Source of the DNA: an uncultured Actinomycetota bacterium
GTDB taxonomy: Bacteria > Actinomycetota > Actinomycetes > Mycobacteriales > Jatrophihabitantaceae
Direction: 5' to 3'
Assembly: GCA_963758325.1 (NCBI GenBank)
Contig: CAVWUZ010000005.1
Location: forward strand, 49,087 to 113,086
Length of the DNA stretch: 64,000 bases
Below are positions 1-8,802 of the stretch, piece by piece (positions within the stretch are counted from its first letter, which is position 1; each line of letters begins with the position of its first letter). The position numbers and the translations under genes were made by a program. Under the pieces are notes generated by a model. It did no database searches. It was not told where the DNA came from and worked only from the letters and a program-made list of their open reading frames with translations.

Positions 1-1
1 C

Positions 2-625
2 AGCGTCCTGAGCAGCGACACGCTGGTCGGCTACGGCGTGCTGGCCCTCGCGATAGTGCTGTTCGCCGAGTGCGGGATCCTGCTCGGGTTCTTCCTGCCC
101 GGCGACACGCTGCTGTTCAGCGCCGGCCTGCTGGTCGGCACGGGCAAGGCGCACACGCCGGTGTGGGTGTGGCTGACGGTCCTGCCGCTGGCGGCGATCC
201 TGGGCAACGTCCTGGGGTACTGGGTCGGCTACAAGGGCGGGCCGGCCGTGTTCACCCGGCCGCGGTCCCGGTTCTTCCGGCCCGAGTACGTCGAGCGGGC
301 GCAGCAGTTCTTCGACCACTTCGGCAAGCTGACGATCGTCGTGGCCCGCTTCGTCCCGATGGTGCGCACCGTCGCCACCGTGATGGCCGGCGTCGGCCGG
401 ATGAGGTTCGGCGTCTACCTGCTCTACTCCGTCGTCGGCGCGATCATCTGGACCGACGGGATGTTCCTGCTCGGCTACGCCCTGGCGCACAACTCGTTCG
501 TCCGGGACAAGATCGCACCCCGGATCGACATCATCATCGTGGGCGCCGTGCTGCTCTCGGTGTTCCCGCTGTCGTTCCACTACCTGCGCTCGCGGCGCGG
601 CGCGCGGGCGGCGCGTCAGGGCTGA
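2..625 (+). CDS. DedA family inner-membrane protein (5' end probably lies left of the window)
   Basis: Track ORF 38..625. The frame stays open back to base 2. It has the FAECGILLGFFLPGDTLLFSAG motif and several hydrophobic helices typical of DedA/SNARE-associated proteins. Confidence 0.7.
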   Translation, partial: SVLSSDTLVGYGVLALAIVLFAECGILLGFFLPGDTLLFSAGLLVGTGKAHTPVWVWLTVLPLAAILGNVLGYWVGYKGGPAVFTRPRSRFFRPEYVERAQQFFDHFGKLTIVVARFVPMVRTVATVMAGVGRMRFGVYLLYSVVGAIIWTDGMFLLGYALAHNSFVRDKIAPRIDIIIVGAVLLSVFPLSFHYLRSRRGARAARQG

Positions 626-921
626 GCGGGCGGGCAGTCCCGGGCCGGGACGCTGACCCGGTGACCGAACGCGCTCGCGCTGCACGTCGCCCGGTCGATC
701 GAGATCCGGGACCGGCCGACGAAGACGCCTCCGGCCAGCGCCAGCAGTACCACCGCGGTGACGACCTTGGCGACGATCCAGCGCACCACCAGGAGGACGA
801 CCAGGGCGATGGCGACGAGCGTGATGCCTGTACCGAGACTGATGCCCCGCACCTGGTCCACGCTGAGTGCCCGGATCACCGCACCAGCCTGCCATCCGTG
901 CACCGGCCCGGCGTGGGGCAT
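616..921 (-). CDS. small hypothetical membrane protein
   Basis: Track ORF of 101 aa with an ATG at 921. It has hydrophobic helices (ITLVAIALVVLLVV, VVTAVVLLALAGGVF) and mostly G/C third positions. I recognise no family. Confidence 0.4.
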   Translation of the reverse strand: MPHAGPVHGWQAGAVIRALSVDQVRGISLGTGITLVAIALVVLLVVRWIVAKVVTAVVLLALAGGVFVGRSRISIDRATCSASAFGHRVSVPARDCPPAQP

Positions 922-938
922 CGCCTAGCGTGAGATCC

Positions 939-2642
939 ATGGCCGCCGCTCCCGCGCTCCCGCTCCCCCCGCCGTTGGCGCCCGGCGCGGTGCGCGTCGT
1001 CGCACTCGGCGGCATCCAGGAGATCGGCCGGAACATGACGGTGCTGGAGCACCGGCCGCCCGGCGCCGACCGCTCCCGGCTGCTCGTCGTCGACTGCGGG
1101 ATGCTGCTCGGCAAGACGAACTCGCCCGGTGTCGACCTCACGCTGCCGGACTGGTCGTTCTTCCGGGACCGGCTGGCCGACATCGACGCCGTCGTGCTCA
1201 CCCACGGCCACGAGGACCACATCGGCGCGCTGCCCTACCTGCTGCGCGAACGCGCGGACATCCCGCTGATCGGCTCCCGACTCACGCTCGCGCTCATCGC
1301 GGCCAAGCTCGACCAGCACCGGATCCGTCCCACCCTGCAGCGGGTGCGCGAGGGCGACACCACCGGCGTCGGGCCGTGGGAGCTGCAGTTCTTCGCCGTC
1401 AACCACTCCATCCCGGACGCGCTGGCGGTCGCCATCCGGGTCGGCGGCCAGACGCTCCTGCACACCGGTGACTTCAAGATGGACCAGACGCCGCTGGACG
1501 GCCGCCTCACCGACCTGCCCGGGTTCGCGCGGCTCGGCGACGCCGGCGTCGACCTGCTGCTCGCGGACTCGACCAACGCCGAGGTGCCCGGGTTCATCCC
1601 GTCCGAGCGCGATGTCGGCAAGGTCCTCGAGGACGTCATCGTCCGCGCCAGCGGGCGGGTGATCGTCGCCTGCTTCGCCTCGCACGTGCACCGGGTCCAG
1701 CAGGTCCTCGACACCGCGGTCCTGACTGAGCGGGTGGTGGCCTTCGTCGGGCGCTCGATGGTGCGCAACATGGGGATCGCCCGCGACCTGGGGTTGCTGA
1801 GCGTCCCGGACGGGCTGCTCGTCGACCTCCGCGAGGCCGAGCAGTTGCCGTCACGACGGGTGCTGCTCGTGTCCACCGGATCGCAGGGCGAGCCGCTGTC
1901 GGCCCTGTCCCGCATGGCCAACCGCGAGCACCCGACGATCACCGTGGTCCCCGACGACACGATCGTGCTGGCGTCCTCGCTCATCCCGGGCAACGAGAAC
2001 GCCGTCGGCCGGGTCATCAACGGCCTGTCCCGGCTGGGCGCGACGGTGGTGCACAAGTCGATGGCGCTGGTGCACGTCTCGGGTCACGCGCCGGCCGGTG
2101 AGCTGCGCTACCTGCTCCAGGTCGTGCGGCCGCGCAACCTCATGCCCGTGCACGGCGAGTGGCGGCACCTGCGCGCGCACGCCGCGATCGGCGAGGCGAT
2201 GGGGCTGCCCGCGGCCCGGATCATGCTCGCCGAGGACGGGACGGTGGTGGACCTCCGCAACGGGCTCGCGTCCGTCGTCGGCTCCATCCCGGTCGGGTAC
2301 GTCTACGTCGACGGCCTGGCGGTGGGCGACATCGGCGAGAGCGCGTTGAAGGACCGGCGGATCCTCGGCGACGAGGGCTTCCTGTCGATCGTCGTCGCGG
2401 TCGACTTCCACGCCGGCAAGGTGGTGCACGGGCCGGAGATCACCGCGCGCGGCTTCACCGACAACGGCGCCGCGCTCGACCCGATCCACGCCGAGTTGAT
2501 CTCGACGGTGGAGTCGTCGATCGCCGACGGGGTGCGCGACGCCGACGCCCTGGCGCACATCGTGCGCCGGACCGTGGGCCGCTGGGTCGACTCGACGTAC
2601 CGCCGCCGGCCGATGCTCCTCCCGGTGGTCGTCGAGGTCTGA
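939..2642 (+). CDS. rnj: ribonuclease J (metallo-beta-lactamase / beta-CASP RNase)
   Basis: HGHEDHIG zinc motif, beta-CASP region and RNase J C-terminal domain. I chose the ATG at 939 (in frame with track ORF 867..2642) because the first 24 codons of the track ORF are Arg/Pro-rich and overlap the divergent gene. Confidence 0.85.
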   Translation: MAAAPALPLPPPLAPGAVRVVALGGIQEIGRNMTVLEHRPPGADRSRLLVVDCGMLLGKTNSPGVDLTLPDWSFFRDRLADIDAVVLTHGHEDHIGALPYLLRERADIPLIGSRLTLALIAAKLDQHRIRPTLQRVREGDTTGVGPWELQFFAVNHSIPDALAVAIRVGGQTLLHTGDFKMDQTPLDGRLTDLPGFARLGDAGVDLLLADSTNAEVPGFIPSERDVGKVLEDVIVRASGRVIVACFASHVHRVQQVLDTAVLTERVVAFVGRSMVRNMGIARDLGLLSVPDGLLVDLREAEQLPSRRVLLVSTGSQGEPLSALSRMANREHPTITVVPDDTIVLASSLIPGNENAVGRVINGLSRLGATVVHKSMALVHVSGHAPAGELRYLLQVVRPRNLMPVHGEWRHLRAHAAIGEAMGLPAARIMLAEDGTVVDLRNGLASVVGSIPVGYVYVDGLAVGDIGESALKDRRILGDEGFLSIVVAVDFHAGKVVHGPEITARGFTDNGAALDPIHAELISTVESSIADGVRDADALAHIVRRTVGRWVDSTYRRRPMLLPVVVEV

Positions 2643-2649
2643 GCCCCGC

Positions 2650-3024
2650 TCAGGCGGCCGGCGGCGCGGGCGGCGGCGCGGGCGGGAGCGAGCGGACCAG
2701 GACGACGAGCGCCACTGTGACGAGTACGACGACCGCGGCCTGGATGCCCGGGTCCGTCCCGAGCGGGGTCACGGTCTCCACGTACCGGTCGGTGTTCACC
2801 ACGAGCTTGCGGCCCCAGACCGCCGGCACGGACAGCGTCACCAGCACGGTCCCGAACACGACGAGCAGGACGACGACCCCTGCCCGCAGCACCGACGTCC
2901 ACGAGCGACCGGACCCAGCCCGTACCTGCGCCCGCGCCTCCGCCTCCGCCGCCTGCCGCCGGAGTTGTTCGACCCTCGGCGCGGAGCGCAGCGGTCTCCT
3001 CCGTGTCCGCGGTGTCCGCCACAT
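2650..3024 (-). CDS. hypothetical membrane protein (possibly only the N-terminal part of a longer family)
   Basis: Track ORF of 124 aa with an ATG at 3024. It has an Arg-rich N-terminus, a TM helix and then [27 protein letters not shown]. Third-position GC looks like coding sequence. Confidence 0.4.
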   Translation of the reverse strand: MWRTPRTRRRPLRSAPRVEQLRRQAAEAEARAQVRAGSGRSWTSVLRAGVVVLLVVFGTVLVTLSVPAVWGRKLVVNTDRYVETVTPLGTDPGIQAAVVVLVTVALVVLVRSLPPAPPPAPPAA

Positions 3025-3056
3025 CCGGGACCGGTGAACACCTGCCCGTCCCGGCG

Positions 3057-3095
<39 letters not shown>

Positions 3096-3974
3096 ATGAG
3101 CAGGGCGGATACTGGAGGCGTGACGGCGCTCGCCCCCGGGATCGTGTCAGCGCGGCTGGCGGTGCCGCGCACGATCGGGCGACCGCACTACGTCACCGAC
3201 CCGACGGCGCCGCCGGATGACGACGACCCGATGGTCAAGGACGCCGACACGATCGCCCGGATGCGCGGCGCCGCAGCCATCGCCGGCGCCGCCCGCGACC
3301 ACGTCGGCGCGCAGGTCCGTCCCGGCATCACCACCGACGAGCTGGACCGGATCGGGCACGAGTTCCTGGTCGAGCACGGTGCCTACCCCTCGACGCTGGG
3401 CTACAAGGGCTTCCCCAAGTCGCTGTGCGCGAGCGTCAACGAGGCCATCTGCCACGGCATCCCGGACAGCCGCCCGCTCCGCGACGGAGACATCGTCAAG
3501 ATCGACATCACGGCGTTCAAGGACGGCGTGCACGGCGACACGTGTGGCACCTACCTCGCCGGCGACGCCGCGCCCGAGGTCCGCGCGCTCGGCGAGAACA
3601 CGCACGAGGCGTTGCGTCGCGCGATCGCGGCGGTGCGTCCCGGCCGGCCGATCAGCGTCATCGGCCGGGTCATCGAGAGCTACGCCCGGCGCTTCGGCTA
3701 CGGCGTGGTCCGCGACTACACCGGCCACGGCGTCGGCCCGAGCTTCCACACCCGGCCGACGATCCTGCACTACGACGAGCCTCGCGCGACCACGCTGATG
3801 GAGCCCGGGATGACGTTCACCATCGAGCCGATGCTGACCCTCGGCACGCACGACTGGGTGATGTGGGACGACGGCTGGACGGTGCTGACGAAGGACGGCA
3901 GCTGGGCGGCCCAGTGGGAGCACACGCTGGTGGTCACCGACGACGGTGCCGAGGTCCTGACGCTCCCGCTGTAG
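3096..3974 (+). CDS. map: type I methionine aminopeptidase
   Basis: Motifs [31 protein letters not shown] and [13 protein letters not shown] took the ATG at 3096 rather than the track start 3003, which would add a run of 12 Arg encoded by the microsatellite. Confidence 0.9.
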   Translation: MSRADTGGVTALAPGIVSARLAVPRTIGRPHYVTDPTAPPDDDDPMVKDADTIARMRGAAAIAGAARDHVGAQVRPGITTDELDRIGHEFLVEHGAYPSTLGYKGFPKSLCASVNEAICHGIPDSRPLRDGDIVKIDITAFKDGVHGDTCGTYLAGDAAPEVRALGENTHEALRRAIAAVRPGRPISVIGRVIESYARRFGYGVVRDYTGHGVGPSFHTRPTILHYDEPRATTLMEPGMTFTIEPMLTLGTHDWVMWDDGWTVLTKDGSWAAQWEHTLVVTDDGAEVLTLPL

Positions 3975-4001
3975 TGCGTCGGCCGGGCCGTTCCCGAACG
4001 G

Positions 4002-4649
4002 TCACGAGCCGGCGTCCCGGCGTAGGGAGCGCAGACGTCCCGTCAGCCACCGTACGACCGAGGCGAAGGCACCACTGAACGCGACGAGGGTCAAGGCGTA
4101 GTAGCCGATCGACGGCGCGGCCAGCGAGATGGCGAGAGCGGCGAGCAGCGTGCCCAGGACGCTCGCCGAGTCCAGGACGGACGGGCCGCGATCGGTGTCC
4201 CGCAGGGAGCGGTTCCGGGCGACCTCGTAGGCGAGGACGGTCAGGCACGTCGCCGTGACGGCGATGGTGCCGATGTACAGGATCCGCGTGAGCGCTTGCT
4301 CCCCGCTCTCGGGCAGGAGGGCCGTGGGGAAGGGCAGGAAGACGATCGCCAACGACCACAGGACCAGGCAGGCGACGACGCGGCGGTTGGCCGCGATCAC
4401 CGGCATGACGATCTCGTGCTGCGCCAGCCACAGCCGCGCGATGACCGCGAAGCTCAGGAAGAACGACCAGAAGTCGCCCCCGTGCGTCCTGATCAACTCC
4501 CCGACGTCCCCACCGTGCCGGATCTCACCGGCCAGCTCGGCCAGCGGCAGGATCAGCAGCGTGATCGCGACCGCCGCGATGGCGTCGACGAAGGCCAGCA
4601 ACCGTTCGAGGTCCCGGCTGCGTTCGGCGTGCTTCTCCCCGGACGTCAC
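4002..4649 (-). CDS. DUF1211 / TMEM175-like membrane protein (putative K+ channel family)
   Basis: LERLLAFVDAIAAVAITLLILPL resembles the DUF1211 signature helix. Several TM helices are present. GTG start at 4649. Confidence 0.6.
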   Translation of the reverse strand: MTSGEKHAERSRDLERLLAFVDAIAAVAITLLILPLAELAGEIRHGGDVGELIRTHGGDFWSFFLSFAVIARLWLAQHEIVMPVIAANRRVVACLVLWSLAIVFLPFPTALLPESGEQALTRILYIGTIAVTATCLTVLAYEVARNRSLRDTDRGPSVLDSASVLGTLLAALAISLAAPSIGYYALTLVAFSGAFASVVRWLTGRLRSLRRDAGS

Positions 4650-4765
4650 CCGCGTCAGGCTATTGACGCGGACCGCCTCCGGGCCGCCTCCCGAGACGGT
4701 GTCGCCGCAGTTGCAGCCGGCGACTCGGGTCCGTTCCAGACCGGATCGCAGGCTGGGAAGTTGAG

Positions 4766-5119
4766 TCAGTCCCAGCAGAGGCAGAAGGGATGGCCGGCCG
4801 GGTCCACGTACACCCGGAACGTGTCGCCTGCCGCCTCCCCCGGCTGCACTGCGTGCTTCGTCGCCCCGAGCGCCAGTACCTCAGGCTCGGCCGCATCGAC
4901 GTCGTCCACGGTCACGTCGAGGTGGAACTGTTGCGGCCGCTCACCCGTCGGCCACGTCGGCGGCGCGAAGTCGCCCGCGAGCTGGAACGCCAGTCGAAGG
5001 CGGTCGATCGTGAGGACGACCCAGTCGTCTTCGGCGACGTCGACGTCCCCGCCGAGGACAGCTTGGTAGAACTCCGCGAGCGACCGGGGATCCGGACAGT
5101 CCAGGACGACGGATCGCAT
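4766..5119 (-). CDS. VOC (glyoxalase/bleomycin-resistance/dioxygenase) family protein
   Basis: Motifs VVLDCPDPRSLAEFYQAVLGG ... DPAGHPFCL and a size of about 117 aa from the ATG at 5119. The track start 5170 and the ATG at 5134 are alternatives. Confidence 0.65.
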   Translation of the reverse strand: MRSVVLDCPDPRSLAEFYQAVLGGDVDVAEDDWVVLTIDRLRLAFQLAGDFAPPTWPTGERPQQFHLDVTVDDVDAAEPEVLALGATKHAVQPGEAAGDTFRVYVDPAGHPFCLCWD

Positions 5120-5202
5120 GCGCGCAAGTGCCATGCTGCGGAAGTGTTCCACGGGGTCGTGGCGGGCCACTTCCGCTCCAGCGGTACTGCGCGGTCGTCA
5201 TC

Positions 5203-5352
5203 GAACCGCCCAGCTGGCGAGAGCTGTGCCCCGACTGGTGTGGTCGACCTGCCCACTGCCGCCCTGCCCTCCGGGTGGACGGCGCCCGCTGAGGCGGTCC
5301 CGACGCCGGCGGCCGCGGGAAGATCCGCCCCGACGCTCTTGATCCCCGACAT
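5203..5352 (-). pseudogene. decayed 5' fragment of a paralogue of the secreted protein gene at 5481..6029
   Basis: MSGIKSVGADLPAAAGVGTASAGAVHPEG aligns with MSKIIKSIGVAAAAAAVIGVGVGTASAGAVHQDA. The DNA 5281..5360 also resembles 5941..6035. The hydrophobic core of the signal peptide is disrupted, and the reading frame runs into the VOC gene. Confidence 0.4.
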
Positions 5353-5437
5353 GGTGCACCGCTGCGTCGGAGCATCGCGCTGTCCTCTGATAGGTGCGGA
5401 CGTTGCGCCGAGCGACGATCTCGCCCGGGACGTGGTT

Positions 5438-5466
5438 CAGCCCCGGACAGCTGCTGTCCGGGGCTG
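5438..5466 (-). terminator. 13-bp stem / 3-nt loop hairpin just downstream of the 5481..6029 gene
   Basis: CAGCCCCGGACAG-CTG-CTGTCCGGGGCTG, a perfect stem that starts 15 nt after the stop codon. There is no U-tract, which is common in actinobacteria. Confidence 0.5.
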
Positions 5467-5480
5467 AAGCATGCTGAGCG

Positions 5481-6029
5481 TCAGACGGTCGGCACGGTCG
5501 GCACGTAGATCCACGCGGTCGCTGGGTCACCGCCGTCGTTGAGCGCCCCCAGGCCGTTCTGGTTGTCGTTGTCGACGGTGAGGGTCGCGGTGTCCCACAT
5601 GTTGACATCGAAGGTGAACTGGATGAACTTGCCGGTGTCGTAGGACTGGCCGTCCTCGGCCTGCTGGAACAGGCGGTACGTCGGCTTGATCGTGTTGTCC
5701 TTCCCGGCGAACCAGGTGACCTCGAAGTCGTCGGTGCCCCCCGACTGCAGCGTCGAGCCGATCGCGGGACCGGAGTCCAGTCCGCCGATGTTGTTGGCCT
5801 CGTCCCAGGTCAACTTCAAGAACGTCCCAGCCGGAAGGCTCGGGGCCTTCACCTGGAAGCCCTTGGTGAACACCTGAACCGCCTTGGCGTGGTTGGCCTG
5901 GTTGGCGTGGACGGCCTGGTGACCCGCAGCGTCCTGGTGCACAGCGCCCGCTGAGGCGGTACCCACTCCGACGCCGATCACGGCGGCCGCAGCGGCCGCG
6001 ACCCCGATGCTCTTGATGATCTTCGACAT
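5481..6029 (-). CDS. secreted hypothetical protein
   Basis: Track ORF of 182 aa. It has the signal peptide MSKIIKSIGVAAAAAAVIGVGVGTASA and a hydrophilic mature part. I recognise no family. Confidence 0.6.
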   Translation of the reverse strand: MSKIIKSIGVAAAAAAVIGVGVGTASAGAVHQDAAGHQAVHANQANHAKAVQVFTKGFQVKAPSLPAGTFLKLTWDEANNIGGLDSGPAIGSTLQSGGTDDFEVTWFAGKDNTIKPTYRLFQQAEDGQSYDTGKFIQFTFDVNMWDTATLTVDNDNQNGLGALNDGGDPATAWIYVPTVPTV

Positions 6030-6533
6030 GATGCACTCCCGATTCCGGTGCTGTGACGGCCTCGCCTTGTCCGGCGCTGGTCGGGCGTTCCCGACACATC
6101 GATCGTGCGTCCTCGGCCGGTGATCTCCCGTCCCTCGTCCGGCCGTTCCCAGGGCGGATCTCGCTGTCCTCCGATCGGTCGGAACCCGTCCGCCGCCGGT
6201 CCCGGCCGTGACCTCGGAGCAGCCTGACCGGGCCGTCCTGACACACGCGCCATGCCCGGGTCAGAGCCGTGCTCGACCTGCGGTCGACGATCGTCGACAA
6301 CACTCGGGACTTGCCGGCCCACCATGGCCGGCTCGACGAGCGCGGTGGTGGGCCGGCGCAGCCGTGGACGTGGAGTTGAGTGTGGTCACCTGGTGACGGC
6401 CCCGTCCCGGCCCGTACGGCGTCCGATCGGGGGACGGCCGCGTCGTCCGAGCAGGGTGCGACCGGCCGACGGCCCGCGGCGGCCCCCGGCTCCATGCTCG
6501 GAGGTGTCCACCACCGATCGACAAGGAACCGTC

Positions 6534-6959
6534 ATGTCGCTCTTCGCCCGCACCGCCGCCATCGTCTGCGCGGCTGCCGCCGTCTGCGGCGCCTTCGCCG
6601 TCACCACTACGGCGGACGCCGCGCCGGCCCACTCGGAGGAGACGGTGCTCGCGTTCAGCGCCACCCTCGACGATCTGCACAGCACCGCCATCCCGGACTT
6701 CACGTGCCCCGCCGACCACCCGTGGCTCGTCGACCAGAACCTGGCCCCCGGCCGGCTCGTGCCACCCGGGGTCTCGGTCGACGAGCCGGGCAGCATCGGC
6801 GTGTCCGTCTCCACCGCGCACGGCGACGCCAACAACCGGACCACCGGCTGGCAGGGCGACGAGAGCTCCGCGACCAACTGGGACGTCCACACCCACGTCG
6901 TCTCGGTCTACGGCCACTGCACGAACGACCCGGCGCAGAGCTACCAGCCGGCCGGCTGA
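6534..6959 (+). CDS. secreted hypothetical protein
   Basis: ATG at 6534, in frame with track ORF 6252..6959. It has the signal peptide MSLFARTAAIVCAAAAVCGAFAVTTTADA, and the mature part contains 2 Cys. Confidence 0.6.
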   Translation: MSLFARTAAIVCAAAAVCGAFAVTTTADAAPAHSEETVLAFSATLDDLHSTAIPDFTCPADHPWLVDQNLAPGRLVPPGVSVDEPGSIGVSVSTAHGDANNRTTGWQGDESSATNWDVHTHVVSVYGHCTNDPAQSYQPAG

Positions 6960-7083
6960 CCGAGTCCGGGCCTGCCCACTGGCCAGGGCCTCGCGCTGTC
7001 GGGGGAGTCCCTCGCGGAAGATTCGACGGCGTTCCGACGTTGAGACCTATGACGTCAACGGTGACGTCCGGAAGGAACCTTCG

Positions 7084-7209
7084 ATGTTTAAGATGACCAG
7101 CTTACGAGCCACCCTGCGCCACCGTCGCGACGACGCCCGAGTCGCGCGAGCACTACGAGACACCCCGCGCCACGTGCGTGACGAGATCCTGGCCGCCACG
7201 GCGCACTGA
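7084..7209 (+). CDS. possible 41-aa small ORF (MFKMTSLRATLRHRRDDARVARALRDTPRHVRDEILAATAH)
   Basis: Hand-translated; it is too short for the ORF track. GGAAGGA lies 6 nt upstream of the ATG. It uses rare codons (TTA, CTA, 4 x CGA), so coding is uncertain. Confidence 0.25.
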   Translation: MFKMTSLRATLRHRRDDARVARALRDTPRHVRDEILAATAH

Positions 7210-7328
7210 CCGGCACGACCGGCGCGGCGGTCGTCTTTGTCTCTGCTGGGCCGCCCTCCGCGCGGGACGCGTCCGGCTCTGCGCGCGCCTCTCGGGCTGC
7301 CGCTAGACGGCCGCATACGGTCCGAGAC

Positions 7329-8516
7329 GTGGACCCGATCCGGAACCCCTACGCCCCGGGAGCCGGCCAGCGGCCGCCGGAGCTCGCCGGCCGCGACGGC
7401 GAGCTCGCGAGCTTCGACGTCGTCCTCGAGCGGATCACCCGCGGCCGTCCCGAACGCAGCGTCGTCCTCACGGGCCTGCGCGGCGTCGGGAAGACCGTCC
7501 TGCTGAACGCGATGCGCGGCGCCGCCGTCCGCCGCGGCTGGGGCACCGGCAAGCTCGAGGCGCGACCGGAGCAGTCGCTGCGGCAACCGCTGGCTGCCGC
7601 GCTGCACCTCGCGGTCCGCGAGCTCGGCGGCCACCCCGAGGAGTCCCGGCAGGTGTTGGGTGTCCTCAAGGCGTTCGCGCAGCGCGTCCAGACGAAGGAC
7701 AAGGTGCGCTGGCAGCCGGGCATCGACGTCCCGGCGGCGACCGGACGCGCGGACTCCGGCGACATGGAGACCGACCTGGTCGAGCTCTTCTCCGACGTCG
7801 GAGGACTCGCCGGGGCCGCGGGTCGCGGCGTCGCCGTGTTCGTCGACGAGATGCAGGACCTCGGCGCGGCCGACGTGTCCGCACTGTGCGCCGCCTGCCA
7901 CGAGATCAGCCAGCAGGGCCTGCCACTGGTCGTCGTCGGCGCCGGCCTGCCGCACCTGCCCGCGGTGCTGTCCGCGAGCAAGTCCTACAGCGAGCGGCTG
8001 TTCCGGTACGCCCGCATCGACCGGCTCGACCGCGCGGCCGCCGACGCCGCGCTGGTCAACCCGGCGCGGGAGGAGGACGCCGACTTCACCGCCGACGCCC
8101 TGGCCGCGCTGTACGACACGACCGGCGGCTACCCCTACTTCGTGCAGGCCTACGGCAAGGCGGCCTGGGACGTGGCGCCGACGACGCCGATCACCGACGT
8201 CGACGTCAAGGAGGCGGCGCCGCTGGCCGAGGCGGAACTCGCGGTCGGGTTCTTCGGCTCGCGCTACGAGCGGGCGACACCGGCGGAGCGGGAGTACCTG
8301 CGCGCGATGGCGGAGCTGATGGACGAGGCGAGCGACCAGCTCGGCGACGACGCCGTCCTCACCTCGAAGGTCGCCGAGCTGCTCGGCCGCCCGCCGCAGT
8401 CGCTGTCGCCGGCGCGCGACGCGCTGCTCAAGAAGGGACTGGTCTACTCCGGCCAGCGCGGGCGGATCGCCTTCACGGTGCCGCACTTCGGCCGGTACCT
8501 GCGGGCCGTGGACTGA
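7329..8516 (+). CDS. AAA/STAND-like ATP-binding protein with a C-terminal winged-helix-like region
   Basis: Walker A at LTGLRGVGKTVLL and Walker B at VAVFVDEMQD. The N-terminus PYAPGAGQRPPELAGRDGEL is typical of the archaeal-ATPase/AAA_16 type of orphan ATPases common in actinomycetes. Confidence 0.75.
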   Translation: MDPIRNPYAPGAGQRPPELAGRDGELASFDVVLERITRGRPERSVVLTGLRGVGKTVLLNAMRGAAVRRGWGTGKLEARPEQSLRQPLAAALHLAVRELGGHPEESRQVLGVLKAFAQRVQTKDKVRWQPGIDVPAATGRADSGDMETDLVELFSDVGGLAGAAGRGVAVFVDEMQDLGAADVSALCAACHEISQQGLPLVVVGAGLPHLPAVLSASKSYSERLFRYARIDRLDRAAADAALVNPAREEDADFTADALAALYDTTGGYPYFVQAYGKAAWDVAPTTPITDVDVKEAAPLAEAELAVGFFGSRYERATPAEREYLRAMAELMDEASDQLGDDAVLTSKVAELLGRPPQSLSPARDALLKKGLVYSGQRGRIAFTVPHFGRYLRAVD

Positions 8517-8530
8517 GCCTGGCGGAGCCG

Positions 8531-8698
8531 GATCCACTGCTGCCCGGTCGGGGACAGCGGCAGCTCGCGCGCCATCGAGGGCAGCGCGACGGTGACGACG
8601 GTCTGGTCGAGCATGATCATCGACAGCGAGCCGGTCATCGCGACGAGGACGAGCCACCGGTTCCCGCTCGGGGCGGAGGACGTCGTGGCGGGCGTCAT
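8531..8698 (-). pseudogene. N-terminal remnant of a DHA2-type MFS transporter
   Basis: MTPATTSSAPSGNRWLVLVAMTGSLSMIMLDQTVVTVALPSMARELPLSPTGQQWI is the classic first TM helix and motif of DHA2 pumps. Similarity stops where the 3' end of the ATPase gene begins, and the frame then reads the antisense of that gene. Confidence 0.5.
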
Positions 8699-8802
8699 CC
8701 GCACTCCCTGGGCTGGACGTCTGGATCCGCGGCCGGGTCCGTACGACGGGACGCGATCCTCGCGGCGGAACACGGAGACGTGCACGACGACGTCGTGGAC
8801 GC

